Shown: positions 38,713 to 49,798, counted from the whole stretch's first letter. The stretch is 59,718 bases of DNA, filler included, from 7 parts of 7 records of this genome joined end to end with filler, not necessarily neighbours in it, one strand, 5' to 3'. The notes: generated by a model not told the origin, from the letters alone. Numbers and translations: made by a program.

Positions 38713-41133
38713 ATGTCAGCGATACCATCAAACAAAATAAAGTTTTACGAAATAAGGTTAAATGATAGCTATGAATATAAAGAAAGTTCTACGTTGTTTG
38801 GGTTTAAAAAACTGAATATTTTTCTGGGAGCAAACAACACAGGAAAATCTAGATTAGTTAGACTAATTTCAAAGCAAACAAACCCAGATAGTCTCAAAGC
38901 GATGAAAATGAGATCCACTGAATTAGACATAATGGGTTTTAGTGATTTTAATCATTTTACACATTTAGTGCGAGGTTGGTTTAAGAAAAGGAGTGAATCT
39001 AAAGAGTGGAGTGTTATATGGAATAAAAACGGAAATGAACTTAACCACTTGTACCAATCATTAAACTCGTTAGGAACACACCTAAACAAAGCAAAGGATA
39101 TCATTAATTACAGCGAAATAGAAAATGAAGAAATAGCCGGCTATATCAAATTTATCACGCACATATTAAACTTAATCCAAAACATCAAAACCCAAGAAGA
39201 TAGTTATAAGAAAAAAGGAACTTTTGGGAATGGCGAAGTTTTGCTTGAATTTGAAGAAATCAAGCAAATACTAGAGAGTTTCAAATCAACAATGCGACGC
39301 ATTGATTTTAACCCAAGCGATTTCATTGATAATCATAATTCGTGGTATATACCAACGCTCAGAACTGCACGTTCCACTGAGGAGAAATTAAAATCAAGCA
39401 TAGATGATAATTACAAAACACAATTAGGTAGTAAAGTTAAAATTTTCACTGGAGAGACATTATATAAAGATATATTTAAAATGAAAAATGGAAACGATGA
39501 ACAACAGGATAAGATTTCCAAATATGAGGATTTTTTAACTCAAATATTAAGCGCTTATTATGATGATTCAAAAGTAGTCTTAACCCCCAGGTCCAACGAG
39601 ACTTTAGATGTTGAAGAACAGAAAAACCAAAACACGGTTTATGTCAAAATAGGAAACAAACCCCAAAGGGCGATACATGATTTAGGCACAGGTGTTCAAT
39701 CTTTGATTTTGATGACTTTTCTTCCTTTTAAAGAGGAGAGGGCAACATTCTTTATAGAAGAACCTGAAATCTATATGCACCCAGGAATGCAAAGACAACT
39801 ACTGGATGTTTGGATGAACAAACTTTCTAGACATCAGTATTTTATTACGTCTCACTCAAATCACTTCATAGATATGACGACCGAGTTTTCTGAGGACATC
39901 GCTATCTTTGGATTGAGATCCGACCCAACTTCAGAAGAAGAAAAGTTCGTCATCCGTGAAGTCAACGTCAAGAATACGAAGCAACTCGTTGATGACTTGG
40001 GCGCGATGCCATCTTCATTGGTTTTGGCAAACTCGACTATCTGGGTTGAAGGCCGGAGTGAGATGATCACATTGCCAGATTGGATTGATAGAATTTGCAA
40101 CTCGCACGAGGGTCAGCCTGGGGAATTAAAGCGCGACATCCATTATTCTTTAGTGCCATTTCAAGGCAACGGCGTTGAAGATTGGGATTGGTTGGAAATG
40201 GAAGAGGACCATAGCACAAACCCAGCAAAATTATGTGCCGAAGCATTTGTTATACACGATTCTGATGGGTGCAAAAGAATATCTGAAAGGTGGGAAAGTT
40301 CAACTAAATCTGCCAAGGCATCTAGACTGAATAAATTGGAAGAAGCCCTCGGAGAACACTGCCATATTCTGGATGTCATCGAACTCGAAAATCTGCATAC
40401 GCCTGAGTGTGTTGAAAAATTCGTCATGGAAAATTATCGTCCAGCCAACATAACATCTACACATAATCGTAACCATGTTATATGGAACAGCGACTTTCGG
40501 TTTACAGGTTTTCGTTTATCGGAATGGCGAGATACTCACCTGGGTTCTCTCATCTACTGGGAGTTTTGTGCGAAGGTATTGAACGCATGCAAAAGCAAAA
40601 CGCATGACATTGGACTGAATGATCAAGAAATTGATAAATTGTTGTCATATGAAACGTTTGAAGAGTTTTATGATAACCTCCCCAAGAGATTGGCGGACGA
40701 TCTAATCCCCTTTGATAAAGATAGTGGGCCCAAAGCATTTACTCAGTTTGCTGAAGAAAAGAAATCGGACAGCAAAAAAACCAAAACCGTCAAAGGAACA
40801 ATAAAAGATAAGACCAGCCTCGCGCGATTTTCCAGGACGTTTTACAACGACAATAATCTCCCAAGCAAAGAGGCTATAAAACTGGCTCAAAAAATATACA
40901 GTTTCATTTTGGAATTGAATGGGTTTGAAAAACCCGATTTTCGAACCAGAACTAATTCAATTGAGATCGAGTGTAATGAAGAGCCTCTTTTTGTAGCGAT
41001 TGGCTCGCAGCTCATTACCGTATTGAACGCCGAAAGACAGGGCACGAGCAACATATGGGCCGTCAACTTAGCTCAGTCAATTGATAAAGATGCCAAGCGT
41101 GCAGTCATAAGTAATTCGGACTTTAAAAACTAA
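38713..41133 (+). CDS. OLD-family ATP-dependent endonuclease (ABC-type ATPase + TOPRIM)
   Basis: GGAGG RBS; Walker A GANNTGKS, signature LGTG, Walker B/D-loop FFIEEPEIYMHP, H-loop ITSHS, TOPRIM IWVEGRSE and HDSD. Confidence 0.85.
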   Translation: MSAIPSNKIKFYEIRLNDSYEYKESSTLFGFKKLNIFLGANNTGKSRLVRLISKQTNPDSLKAMKMRSTELDIMGFSDFNHFTHLVRGWFKKRSESKEWSVIWNKNGNELNHLYQSLNSLGTHLNKAKDIINYSEIENEEIAGYIKFITHILNLIQNIKTQEDSYKKKGTFGNGEVLLEFEEIKQILESFKSTMRRIDFNPSDFIDNHNSWYIPTLRTARSTEEKLKSSIDDNYKTQLGSKVKIFTGETLYKDIFKMKNGNDEQQDKISKYEDFLTQILSAYYDDSKVVLTPRSNETLDVEEQKNQNTVYVKIGNKPQRAIHDLGTGVQSLILMTFLPFKEERATFFIEEPEIYMHPGMQRQLLDVWMNKLSRHQYFITSHSNHFIDMTTEFSEDIAIFGLRSDPTSEEEKFVIREVNVKNTKQLVDDLGAMPSSLVLANSTIWVEGRSEMITLPDWIDRICNSHEGQPGELKRDIHYSLVPFQGNGVEDWDWLEMEEDHSTNPAKLCAEAFVIHDSDGCKRISERWESSTKSAKASRLNKLEEALGEHCHILDVIELENLHTPECVEKFVMENYRPANITSTHNRNHVIWNSDFRFTGFRLSEWRDTHLGSLIYWEFCAKVLNACKSKTHDIGLNDQEIDKLLSYETFEEFYDNLPKRLADDLIPFDKDSGPKAFTQFAEEKKSDSKKTKTVKGTIKDKTSLARFSRTFYNDNNLPSKEAIKLAQKIYSFILELNGFEKPDFRTRTNSIEIECNEEPLFVAIGSQLITVLNAERQGTSNIWAVNLAQSIDKDAKRAVISNSDFKN

Positions 41134-41249
41134 CCGCTTGCCAACTGTTTTCCGTCGGTCGATCTCTCAAACTCGACCGTGAAACATCAGTAATCTACCA
41201 ACTCAGCACATCATGTTTGTCGCCAAGCACATCGAGAACCCAGCGAAAT

Positions 41250-41437
41250 TCACCCCACCATGACTTGCTGGATATCGCCCTCATCTTCCCTTCCTGTGTG
41301 GTTGTCATTGTCAAACCTCTGATGCAGCGCCTTGATGAGAAGGTGTGCGACCTTTGCGCGCGCGTGCTTCTTGCTTCTCGCGCTGCTCGCTGCGTTGATA
41401 TCGATGCCCTTGTAGAGCATCTCTGCCTCGCACACCC
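41250..41437 (-). CDS. C-terminal fragment of a hypothetical protein convergent with the nuclease
   Basis: Open frame from the contig edge; return to higher GC. Confidence 0.35.
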
Positions 41438-41537
41438 NNNNNNNNNNNNNNNNNNNNNNNNNNNNNNNNNNNNNNNNNNNNTTAATTAATTAANNNNNNN
41501 NNNNNNNNNNNNNNNNNNNNNNNNNNNNNNNNNNNNN
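41438..41537. other. Artificial contig linker
   Basis: N44-TTAATTAATTAA-N44. Confidence 0.99.
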
Positions 41538-41682
41538 CCATATTTTGATACTGTTTTACCGATTTTAAGCACAGGCCGCAACCAACCGTATGGATTGGTA
41601 TGCCTCATCGTGGATTAAGCATCGATTCGGCACGCGACATCCAACCGGAACCGCCCCAGCCGTACGGCACCCGGACCCGATC

Positions 41683-42522
41683 TTATTTCTGACAGGTCGG
41701 GCAGAAGAATGTCGACCGTCCGGCCTGCACGATGCGTTCAATCGTGCTGTCACAGCTGTCAGCACTGCAGGTTTCACCTTCGCGGCCATAGACGCGGAAA
41801 TTATGCTGAAAATAGCCAAGCTCGCCATTGGTCTGACGATGATCCTTCAGGCTTGATCCGCCTGCTGCGATGGCATCTTCAAGAACAAGGCGAATTTCGC
41901 GGTACAAACGATCAATCTCGCCGGGTTTTAAATCCTTTGCCAGACGAGTCGGAGCGATGTTTGACCGGAACAATGCTTCGCATACATATATATTGCCAAG
42001 ACCGGCGACCAGTTTCTGATCCAGCAGCACGGTCTTGATCGGGCTTGCGCGTTTGCCCAAACCTTCTGCCAGTACGGCTGCATTGAAACCGTTGCCAAGC
42101 GGCTCCGGCCCAATCCCGGCCAGCATTTTGTGACTGGCAACTTCATCGCTCGCAATCAGGGTGATCACGCCAAAACGCCGCGGATCATTAAACCGCACCA
42201 CCGCACCGCCCTGCATGACGAAATCAACATGGTCATGTTTAAGGGGGGCTGGCACATCAACAGACGGATCATTATGAATGGTCATCCGCCCGGACATGCC
42301 CAGATGGATCAGCAAAACCTGCCCGTCATCAAGATAGCCCAGAATGTATTTCGCCCGGCGCGTCAGTTGATTGATTTTGCGCCCCGCCATGCGATCAACG
42401 AATCCTTCGGGAAACGGAAACCGCAAATTCGGGCGACGCTGCACCACATGGTCGACAATATGGCCTTCCATTACGGGGGTCAGGCCACGGGTAACTGTTT
42501 CGACCTCTGGCAATTCAGGCAT
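41683..42522 (-). CDS. mutM: Formamidopyrimidine-DNA glycosylase
   Basis: MPELPEVETV, HLGMSG, DPRRFG, GLGNIYVCEALF, C-terminal zinc finger RSTFFCPTCQK. Confidence 0.97.
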   Translation of the reverse strand: MPELPEVETVTRGLTPVMEGHIVDHVVQRRPNLRFPFPEGFVDRMAGRKINQLTRRAKYILGYLDDGQVLLIHLGMSGRMTIHNDPSVDVPAPLKHDHVDFVMQGGAVVRFNDPRRFGVITLIASDEVASHKMLAGIGPEPLGNGFNAAVLAEGLGKRASPIKTVLLDQKLVAGLGNIYVCEALFRSNIAPTRLAKDLKPGEIDRLYREIRLVLEDAIAAGGSSLKDHRQTNGELGYFQHNFRVYGREGETCSADSCDSTIERIVQAGRSTFFCPTCQK

Positions 42523-42786
42523 CTTGAGACTCACTTTTCATAAGCAGGATGTCTTATCTAGGGCTCGTACCAATAATTGGCAAGCTGTGTGATTTTACCG
42601 GTCATATTACGTTGCCATGTTCTTGCAATGCACCTTCAACTTGCCGATGGACGACGCGGTTAAAGCTCTTATGATTGCGCCGCCCTTTAACCTGCAGGCA
42701 CGGCCCACCCGATCCGCCTGCCAATAATGTTTGAAACCGGCTTTGCGCCCACCTTTGCGGTTTCGTGATTTTCTGAAAGTCGCCCC

Positions 42787-43590
42787 ATGGAATTTGGTTT
42801 TGATCTTCTTGCGATCCTGTTTGCCGTTGCGGCCGTTGCAGCATGTGTTGATGCGATTGCCGGTGGTGGTGGATTGATCACGATCCCGGCCCTGCTTTGG
42901 GCAGGGGTTACCCCGGCACAGGCCCTGGCCACCAATAAATTGCAGGGCAGTTTTGGCAGCTTTACCGCATCGCTTAACTTCATTCGCAAAGGCCATGTCG
43001 ATCCGCGCGATATGGTTCTGGCGATTGTTCTGACATTTGCCGGATCGGCACTTGGCACGGTTCTGGTTCAGCTGCTTGATGCCAGCATCCTGATGACCAT
43101 CCTGCCGGGTCTTTTGATCCTGATTGCGCTTTATTTCCTGTTTTCGCCAAAAGTTGGCGATATCGATGCGCATCAAATGATCAGCAAGGGCGCCTTTGCC
43201 TTTACCGCAGGGTTTGGCATCGGTTTTTATGACGGGTTCTTTGGTCCAGGGACGGGATCGTTCTTTTCCATCGCCTTTGTCGCCTTGCTTGGTTTCAACA
43301 TGACCAAGGCCACCGCCCACACCAAGGTTTTGAATTTCACGTCAAACTTTGCATCCCTTGTAATGTTTATTGCCGGTGGCGAGGTTGTCTGGGTCATCGG
43401 GGCGGTGATGGCGGTTGGCGCCCTGGTCGGGGCGCAGATCGGATCGCATCTGGTGATGAAGGTTGGCGCACGTTTGGTCCGCCCGCTTTTGGTGGTGACC
43501 TCTATCGGGATTTCGATCAAGCTGATCATTGATCAATATGGCCCGATCCTGAGCCAAAGCTGGGATCAGATGCGGCACTGGATCGGTTAG
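42787..43590 (+). CDS. TSUP (TauE/SafE, YfcA-like) transporter
   Basis: VDAIAGGGGLITIPALL, ALATNKLQ, GFYDGFFGPGTGSF. Confidence 0.9.
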   Translation: MEFGFDLLAILFAVAAVAACVDAIAGGGGLITIPALLWAGVTPAQALATNKLQGSFGSFTASLNFIRKGHVDPRDMVLAIVLTFAGSALGTVLVQLLDASILMTILPGLLILIALYFLFSPKVGDIDAHQMISKGAFAFTAGFGIGFYDGFFGPGTGSFFSIAFVALLGFNMTKATAHTKVLNFTSNFASLVMFIAGGEVVWVIGAVMAVGALVGAQIGSHLVMKVGARLVRPLLVVTSIGISIKLIIDQYGPILSQSWDQMRHWIG

Positions 43591-43612
43591 ACCCGCCGCA
43601 ATTGAGACAAAG

Positions 43613-43652
43613 AAAAACCCGTCATGCGTAAAGCTGACGGGTTTTGTTTTTC
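43613..43652. terminator. Bidirectional terminator
   Basis: AAAAACCCGTCA...TGACGGGTTTTGTTTTT between convergent genes. Confidence 0.7.
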
Positions 43653-43673
43653 AGGACTTTGAAGTTCGGCCAA

Positions 43674-44882
43674 TCAGGCGCTAGCACTGCTTTGCGCCAA
43701 AACCTCATCGCCGCGATCGAGCAAATGGCTCCAGACCGTGAACAAAAGGGCGAGCACCGCAATCCCGGCACCAAGCCAAGGGATATGCTGATAGGAAACA
43801 CCGTGGGTGATCGCAAGACCGCCAAACCACGCCCCACCGGCATTGCCCAGATTGAACGCCCCCTGATTAAGGGTGGATGCCAGATTGGGTGCTTCTGATG
43901 CCTCGTTTACCACCCGCATCTGAAGCGGGGAAACCAGTGCAAAGGCAACAACACCCCACAGCATCACGGTAATCACGGCCGGAACAAGGGCGGTCACTGT
44001 TTCGGTAAACAGGGCCAAAATCATGATCAACATGACAAAAGAAATGATGATGGCCGGCATCAAACGCCAATCGCCCAAACGCCCGCCAATATAGTTGCCC
44101 AAGGTCAAACCCACCCCGAACAACAACAAGACATAGGTCACCTGTCGCGGGGTGATGCCGGTAATGTCGGTCAACATCGGGGTGATATAGGTAAAGACGC
44201 TGAACATGCTGGCGGATGCCAGAACAGAAATCAGCATGGCAAACAGCACCTGAACCTTGCCAAGTGATTTTGCCTCACGCCACAGGCTTCCGGTTGATGC
44301 CGCGATCTTGCGCGGAAGGGCAAGATAAAGTGCGATGGCCGCAACAACACCAATGCCGACAACCGCCCAGAAGGTCGAACGCCAACCAAGCTCCTGCCCA
44401 AGGGCCGTTCCGAATGGCACGCCGAGCACATTGGCAAGGGTGAGGCCGGAAAACATCAAGGCAATTGCCTGAACCCGTTTATGGGGTGGGACAAGGTTGG
44501 ATGCGACAACCGCACCGAGACCAAAAAACGCGCCATGGCAAAAGGCCGTGACCACACGGGCCGCCATCAATAACCAGTAATCCGGGGCAATCGCGCACAG
44601 GAAGTTGCCAAGGATGAAGATCGCAATCAGAAACAACAATGCGCGCCTGCGGTCCATCCGTGCCGTTGCAATGGCCAGAAACGGTGCGCCAAATGTCACG
44701 CCCAGCGCATAGCCCGTCACCAGCAAACCGGCATCCGGAATGCTGACCCCAAGATCACGTGCGACATCGGGCAAAAGCCCCATGATGACAAATTCGGTCG
44801 TGCCGATGCCAAAGGATGCAAGCGCCAAGGCCAGAATCGGAAAATTCCCGAGCAATCCCGGGCGGGTGGCAACAGTGGTCAT
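43674..44882 (-). CDS. MFS transporter (DHA1, AraJ/YdhP-like)
   Basis: FGIGTTEFVIMGLLP, GLTLANVLGVPFGT, ASTLNQGAFNLGNA. Confidence 0.9.
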   Translation of the reverse strand: MTTVATRPGLLGNFPILALALASFGIGTTEFVIMGLLPDVARDLGVSIPDAGLLVTGYALGVTFGAPFLAIATARMDRRRALLFLIAIFILGNFLCAIAPDYWLLMAARVVTAFCHGAFFGLGAVVASNLVPPHKRVQAIALMFSGLTLANVLGVPFGTALGQELGWRSTFWAVVGIGVVAAIALYLALPRKIAASTGSLWREAKSLGKVQVLFAMLISVLASASMFSVFTYITPMLTDITGITPRQVTYVLLLFGVGLTLGNYIGGRLGDWRLMPAIIISFVMLIMILALFTETVTALVPAVITVMLWGVVAFALVSPLQMRVVNEASEAPNLASTLNQGAFNLGNAGGAWFGGLAITHGVSYQHIPWLGAGIAVLALLFTVWSHLLDRGDEVLAQSSASA

Positions 44883-45128
44883 GTCGGAATATCCAGATAA
44901 GTAGCCGTCAGGGGCAGGACAATAATTGTGCACCTGCGAGAAAAGCATAATGCCCGAAGATTTGAAACGATTCAATTCTGAGATAAAAATGCCGTCCTCA
45001 CCACCGCGATTTCCGCATGGCAGCATGTCTGCTGATCACGGCTCCGAACACCTAACCTGACACGAAAAAGGCCCGATGATGATCGGGCCTTGTCACAGTG
45101 AGATGCAGTTCGCGGTCATTGCCTTTGA

Positions 45129-45851
45129 TCAGGCGAGCTCGGCAACGATCCGTTTTGCGGCCTCAACCGGGTCATCGGCCTTGGTGATCGGGCGGCCAAT
45201 TACCAGAATATCGCTGCCCATCGTGACGGCGTCTGCCGGGGTGACGATGCGTTTTTGATCATCACTTGATGCCCAGGCCGGACGAATACCCGGTGTGATC
45301 AGTTTGAAGTCCGGACCAAGCGCCTTGCGCACCGGGGTGATTTCCTGTGCCGAACAGACAACACCATCAAGACCCGCCTTTTTGGTCAGTTCGGCCAGTT
45401 TGACAACCCGGTCTTCAATCGGACCTTTAAGGCCGACATCGTCAAGATCGCCCTGATCCATGCTGGTCAGGATCGTTACTGCAATCACCCACGGGGTTGC
45501 GACCCCGGCCTTGTCCGCCGCTTCGCGGGCGGCTTCACCGGCACGTTTCATCATCTCGATCCCGCCAGCGGCATGGACATTGACGAGTTTGAGCCCCAGC
45601 GGCGTCACTGCACGAATGGCCCCGGCAACGGTATTGGGAATATCGTGATATTTGACATCCAAAAAGATCGGCATGCCGGTTTTGGCAACCGCCCGGACAC
45701 CTTGTGGTCCGTGGGCCGCAAAAAACTCTTTGCCAAGCTTTGCCCCGCCAATCACACCAGACAGGCGCGATGCCAGATCGATCGCGTGATCAAGATCGGT
45801 GGTATCGATCGCACAAAAGATGCGGTCTTTGGGGGAAAGTGTCTGGGTCAT
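45129..45851 (-). CDS. pyrF: Orotidine-5'-phosphate decarboxylase
   Basis: FLDVKYHDIPNTV, VTILTS, TPGIRP, DDQKR, VIGRPIT. Confidence 0.97.
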   Translation of the reverse strand: MTQTLSPKDRIFCAIDTTDLDHAIDLASRLSGVIGGAKLGKEFFAAHGPQGVRAVAKTGMPIFLDVKYHDIPNTVAGAIRAVTPLGLKLVNVHAAGGIEMMKRAGEAAREAADKAGVATPWVIAVTILTSMDQGDLDDVGLKGPIEDRVVKLAELTKKAGLDGVVCSAQEITPVRKALGPDFKLITPGIRPAWASSDDQKRIVTPADAVTMGSDILVIGRPITKADDPVEAAKRIVAELA

Positions 45852-46039
45852 GATGTCCTCCGGCTGGCTGGCATTGGGGTCATGGCCCACATGTTCCTGC
45901 GCGGACCGGACATGGATTAGCCGATTTAGCCCCAAAGGCCAACGCCAAATAGCCACTTATGCCGACAATATTGCGCTGCGCGCCCGACATTCCGGCCCCA
46001 AACAGCAAAAGGGCCCCTGAAAGGAGCCCTTGATCTGCG

Positions 46040-46339
46040 TTAGCTGTGGCCAAGTGCCTTTTGATCGGTTTTTGGCGTTTCGTCGTCGGTTTTGATGCGT
46101 TTAAGTTCGCTATCCATGCGGCGTACCGCACGGCGATGTTTGCCATGGACCAGCCATTCATAGGCAAAACCAACACCGAGCCCGATCAATAAAGCAACCA
46201 TGATCGGCAGGAACAGCGGCAGATCAACCTCATAGGGCAATGGCCATAGTGAAAGCGTCACCGCGGTTCGGTTCGACACGGCAAATACAGCGATTAAAAC
46301 CGCAAGCGGTATCGAGATAATCCAGTAAAGGAAGCGCAT
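46040..46339 (-). CDS. LapA (DUF1049) family membrane protein
   Basis: FAVSNRTAVTLSLWP; ihfB-lapA-pyrF order. Confidence 0.85.
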   Translation of the reverse strand: MRFLYWIISIPLAVLIAVFAVSNRTAVTLSLWPLPYEVDLPLFLPIMVALLIGLGVGFAYEWLVHGKHRRAVRRMDSELKRIKTDDETPKTDQKALGHS

Positions 46340-46548
46340 TCTTAGCTCCTTGTGCCAGATCAGCTGCGTTGGAAATCCACCGCAGCAAAATCAGGCAACA
46401 GGTCACGTTTGATATTCAGAGCGACAGTATGGGGCAAGAGTCAGATAAAAGCCATGCCACCAGCGGCACAGATTTCTGCACCATGGGTGACCTGACACAA
46501 CAACACGGCCAAAGCCCTGTCGCTGGTTATCTGTCCATCACGCGGGAA

Positions 46549-46824
46549 TTAGTTCAAACGTTCGCGGAGCTGCTTGCCGGTTTTGAAATAGGGAACCTTT
46601 TTCTCACCGACCGGGACCGCGTCACCTGTACGCGGGTTGCGGCCAACACGGGCATCTCGCTGCTTGACGGAAAATGCACCGAATCCGCGAAGCTCGACCC
46701 GGTCTCCGCGGGCAAGCGCGTCGGTGATTTCGTCAAAGATCGTTGCCACAATACGTTCGACGTCTCGCTGATAAAGATGCGGATTCATTTCAGCGAGCCG
46801 GGCAATCAATTCAGATTTCGTCAT
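46549..46824 (-). CDS. ihfB: Integration host factor beta subunit
   Basis: MTKSELI...[13 protein letters not shown]...GRNPRTG...[14 protein letters not shown]. Confidence 0.97.
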   Translation of the reverse strand: MTKSELIARLAEMNPHLYQRDVERIVATIFDEITDALARGDRVELRGFGAFSVKQRDARVGRNPRTGDAVPVGEKKVPYFKTGKQLRERLN

Positions 46825-46953
46825 TTCCAGGCCCCATCCTGTTGGTGCTGACAGTCTCACTCAACCACGGATTCAATTATACTAGAGGGTAACTCTCATT
46901 CAGGTTGCCAGACCACCAGCAAACCGTCAAGTTTAAGCCCCTCAGATGACAGC

Positions 46954-47053
46954 NNNNNNNNNNNNNNNNNNNNNNNNNNNNNNNNNNNNNNNNNNNNTTA
47001 ATTAATTAANNNNNNNNNNNNNNNNNNNNNNNNNNNNNNNNNNNNNNNNNNNN
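46954..47053. other. Artificial contig linker
   Basis: N44-TTAATTAATTAA-N44. Confidence 0.99.
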
Positions 47054-47108
47054 GAAGATGCAGACATGGTGCTGCTTTCCCGTGATTTCTTTTTGTCTTG
47101 CAAACTGC

Positions 47109-48650
47109 TCATCGTGCAATTGCCTCGATGATTTTATCCTGGGTGATTTCCGCACCCACCAGTTCAGATACCTTTTCACGATCGCGCATCACCGCGACCC
47201 GATCAGCAAAGGCGACGATTTCTTCAAGCTCGGAGGATGCCACCAACAAGGCCAGCCCTTCGTCACACAGCTCCTTGATCAATTTGATGATGTCGGCATG
47301 TGCGCCAACATCGATCCCGCGTGTTGGTTCATCCAAAATCAAAAGGATCGGTTTGGACACCAACCAACGGGCCAAAATGACTTTTTGCTGGTTCCCGCCG
47401 CTAAGCTGCCCAACCGGCTTTTCCCCATCAGGGGTGGCAATGCCAAGGGCCTTGATCATGTCATCGGCAAATTGCTGTTGCTCGGCCCGTGGGATGGGCC
47501 GCAACCACCCGCGACGGCCTTGCAGGGCCAGCACGATGTTTTCCCGCACACTGAGTTCGGCAACAATGCCATCCTGTTTGCGGTCTTCGGGACATAACCC
47601 AAATCCCGACCGGATCGCATGGCGTGGGGACCGCAACAAAACCGGTTCGCCGTCAAGGAACACAAGGCCGCTATCAGCCTTTTGCGTACCAAATATCAGT
47701 TCGGAAAGTTCGGTCCGACCGGACCCCAGCAACCCGGCAAGACCAACAATCTCGCCCGCCTGAAGATCAAGCGATACCGGTTCAAGAACGCGCTTCTTGC
47801 CAAGATTTTTGACCTGAATCTGGCGTTTGGGCCCGCTATAGCTGCCTTCGTCAAGATGACGGTGCGCACTGACTTCGGCCAACTCACGGCCCAGCATATG
47901 ATTGATCAGATCAATCTGCGGCAGGTCTTTGGTAACAAAGGTGCCAACAAGCCGCCCGTTGCGAAGCACCGTGATGCGATCACTGACGGCATAAACCTGA
48001 TCGAGGAAATGGGTGACAAAAACAATGCCCAATCCCTTTGCCCGTAACTCGTTCATGATCCGGAAAAGCGTTTTGATTTCATCCCCATCCAATGATGCGG
48101 TCGGTTCATCCAAAATCAGAACCTTGGCATCAAGGGCAACTGCACGCGCAATGGCGACAAGTTGCTGAATGGCGATGGAATAAGACCCAAGCGGTCGATT
48201 GATATCAATATCAAGACCGAGTGTCTCAAGCGCTGCCTTGGCATCCTTTTCGGTTTTTTTCCACGATATCAGGCCAAATTTGCGGGTTTGGCGTTCAAGC
48301 ATCAGGTTTTCGGCCACCGACAATGTCGGCACCAGATTAACCTCCTGATAAACCGTTGAAATACCAAGTTCTTGCGCATCACCCGGATGACGCGGATCGA
48401 TTTCCTGCCCATCAAGGAGCACCGCCCCGGCATCGCGTGGATGCACCCCGGTAATGACTTTGATCAGGGTCGATTTACCCGCCCCGTTCTCGCCAAGCAG
48501 GGCGTGAATTTCGCCGCGTTTAAGGTCGAAATCAACATCCTGCAAGGCCTTGACGCCGGGAAAGAACTTTCCCGCACCGCGCACCGAAAGCACGGCATTT
48601 TCGTCCCTATTGCCCTTATCGCCCCGTGCAGAAAGTCCGGTATCTGACAT
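47109..48650 (-). CDS. ytfR: Sugar ABC transporter ATP-binding protein (YtfR-like, two NBDs)
   Basis: GENGAGKST, LDEPTASL, LSGGNQQK, DEPTRGIDVGAH. Confidence 0.85.
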   Translation of the reverse strand: MSDTGLSARGDKGNRDENAVLSVRGAGKFFPGVKALQDVDFDLKRGEIHALLGENGAGKSTLIKVITGVHPRDAGAVLLDGQEIDPRHPGDAQELGISTVYQEVNLVPTLSVAENLMLERQTRKFGLISWKKTEKDAKAALETLGLDIDINRPLGSYSIAIQQLVAIARAVALDAKVLILDEPTASLDGDEIKTLFRIMNELRAKGLGIVFVTHFLDQVYAVSDRITVLRNGRLVGTFVTKDLPQIDLINHMLGRELAEVSAHRHLDEGSYSGPKRQIQVKNLGKKRVLEPVSLDLQAGEIVGLAGLLGSGRTELSELIFGTQKADSGLVFLDGEPVLLRSPRHAIRSGFGLCPEDRKQDGIVAELSVRENIVLALQGRRGWLRPIPRAEQQQFADDMIKALGIATPDGEKPVGQLSGGNQQKVILARWLVSKPILLILDEPTRGIDVGAHADIIKLIKELCDEGLALLVASSELEEIVAFADRVAVMRDREKVSELVGAEITQDKIIEAIAR

Positions 48651-48811
48651 CTGCCTGCCCTCTCCCTGTCGTCTTTGTAAAACTGTCTTTTTGACGTTTT
48701 TGGTCCTGATACAGCCGGACGCACCCCAGCAAATCGCGGGGGCACGTCCGTTGCAATGATCAGCCACACATTTCGCGTCATGACCCAAAGATCACGCCAC
48801 GTTTTCGTGTG

Positions 48812-49762
48812 TTATTTGCTGCGCATTTTATATTCGTCTGCTGCTGTATCTGGCAGGAAGAGCGGACCATTTGCCTTGATCCATTTCGGCACTTCTTCGC
48901 CGGCCATCGATGCTTTGATCGCATCAAAGGATGGCGCACCCAAATGCGGGTTCAGCTCGATCGTGGCGTTGGTATCGCCATCTGCCATGGCTTTGAAGAT
49001 ATCTGGAACCGCATCAATCGATACGATCAGGATATCGGTGCCTGGTTTAAGCCCGGCTTCTTTGATCGCCTGAACAGCACCCAGTGCCATGTCATCATTA
49101 TGGGCATAGACCGCACAAATACCCTTGCCGCCATTTTCCGCTTTCAGGAAGCTTTCCATAACTTCTTTACCGCCTGAACGGGTGAAGTCACCAGACTGCG
49201 AACGGATGATATTGATCGCCGGGAAATTCCCCACAACCGATTCAAAACCGGCTTTACGGTCATTGGCCGCGGACGAGCCAACCGTACCCTGCAATTCAAC
49301 AACATCACAAACCGCATTGGTTTCCGATGCCAGCCAAGCTGCGGCAAGTGCGCCTTCAACCACGAAGTCAGAGGCCACTTTGGTCAGATAAAGATCGTCA
49401 CTGGCATCAACACCACGGTCAACCAGAACAACCGGAATACCAGCATCTTTGGCTTCTTTAAGAACCTGATCCCAACCGGTTTCAACAACCGGGGCCAGAA
49501 GGATGCCGTCAACGCCCTGTGCGATAAAGGAGCGAACCGCTTTGATCTGGTTTTCCTGTTTCTGCTGTGCGTCCGAGAATTTCAGATCAATGCCGCGTTT
49601 TTCGGCTTCTGCCTTGATCGAAGCCGTTTCCGACGTCCGCCAGCCACTTTCAGAACCGATCTGCGAAAAGCCAATCATCATTTCTGCATGTGCCGATACC
49701 GAAAGACCAAGAGCAACGCCAAGTGCGGCGGTTGAGACTGCAATTTTTTTGAAATTCACCAC
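48812..49762 (-). CDS. ytfQ: Galactofuranose ABC transporter substrate-binding protein
   Basis: GFSQIGSESGWR, DAQQKQENQIKAVRSFIAQGVD, AHNDDMALGA. Confidence 0.88.
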   Translation of the reverse strand: MVNFKKIAVSTAALGVALGLSVSAHAEMMIGFSQIGSESGWRTSETASIKAEAEKRGIDLKFSDAQQKQENQIKAVRSFIAQGVDGILLAPVVETGWDQVLKEAKDAGIPVVLVDRGVDASDDLYLTKVASDFVVEGALAAAWLASETNAVCDVVELQGTVGSSAANDRKAGFESVVGNFPAINIIRSQSGDFTRSGGKEVMESFLKAENGGKGICAVYAHNDDMALGAVQAIKEAGLKPGTDILIVSIDAVPDIFKAMADGDTNATIELNPHLGAPSFDAIKASMAGEEVPKWIKANGPLFLPDTAADEYKMRSK

Positions 49763-49798
49763 GATTTCCTCCCTAGGTGTGGTTTATCGCTTAAAAGC

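Noticed and set aside
37227-41133. Septu, Gabija or retron assignment for HNH plus ATPase
   Set aside because: HNH is upstream, separated by two ORFs and of phage HNH_3 type; no UvrD helicase or reverse transcriptase is present
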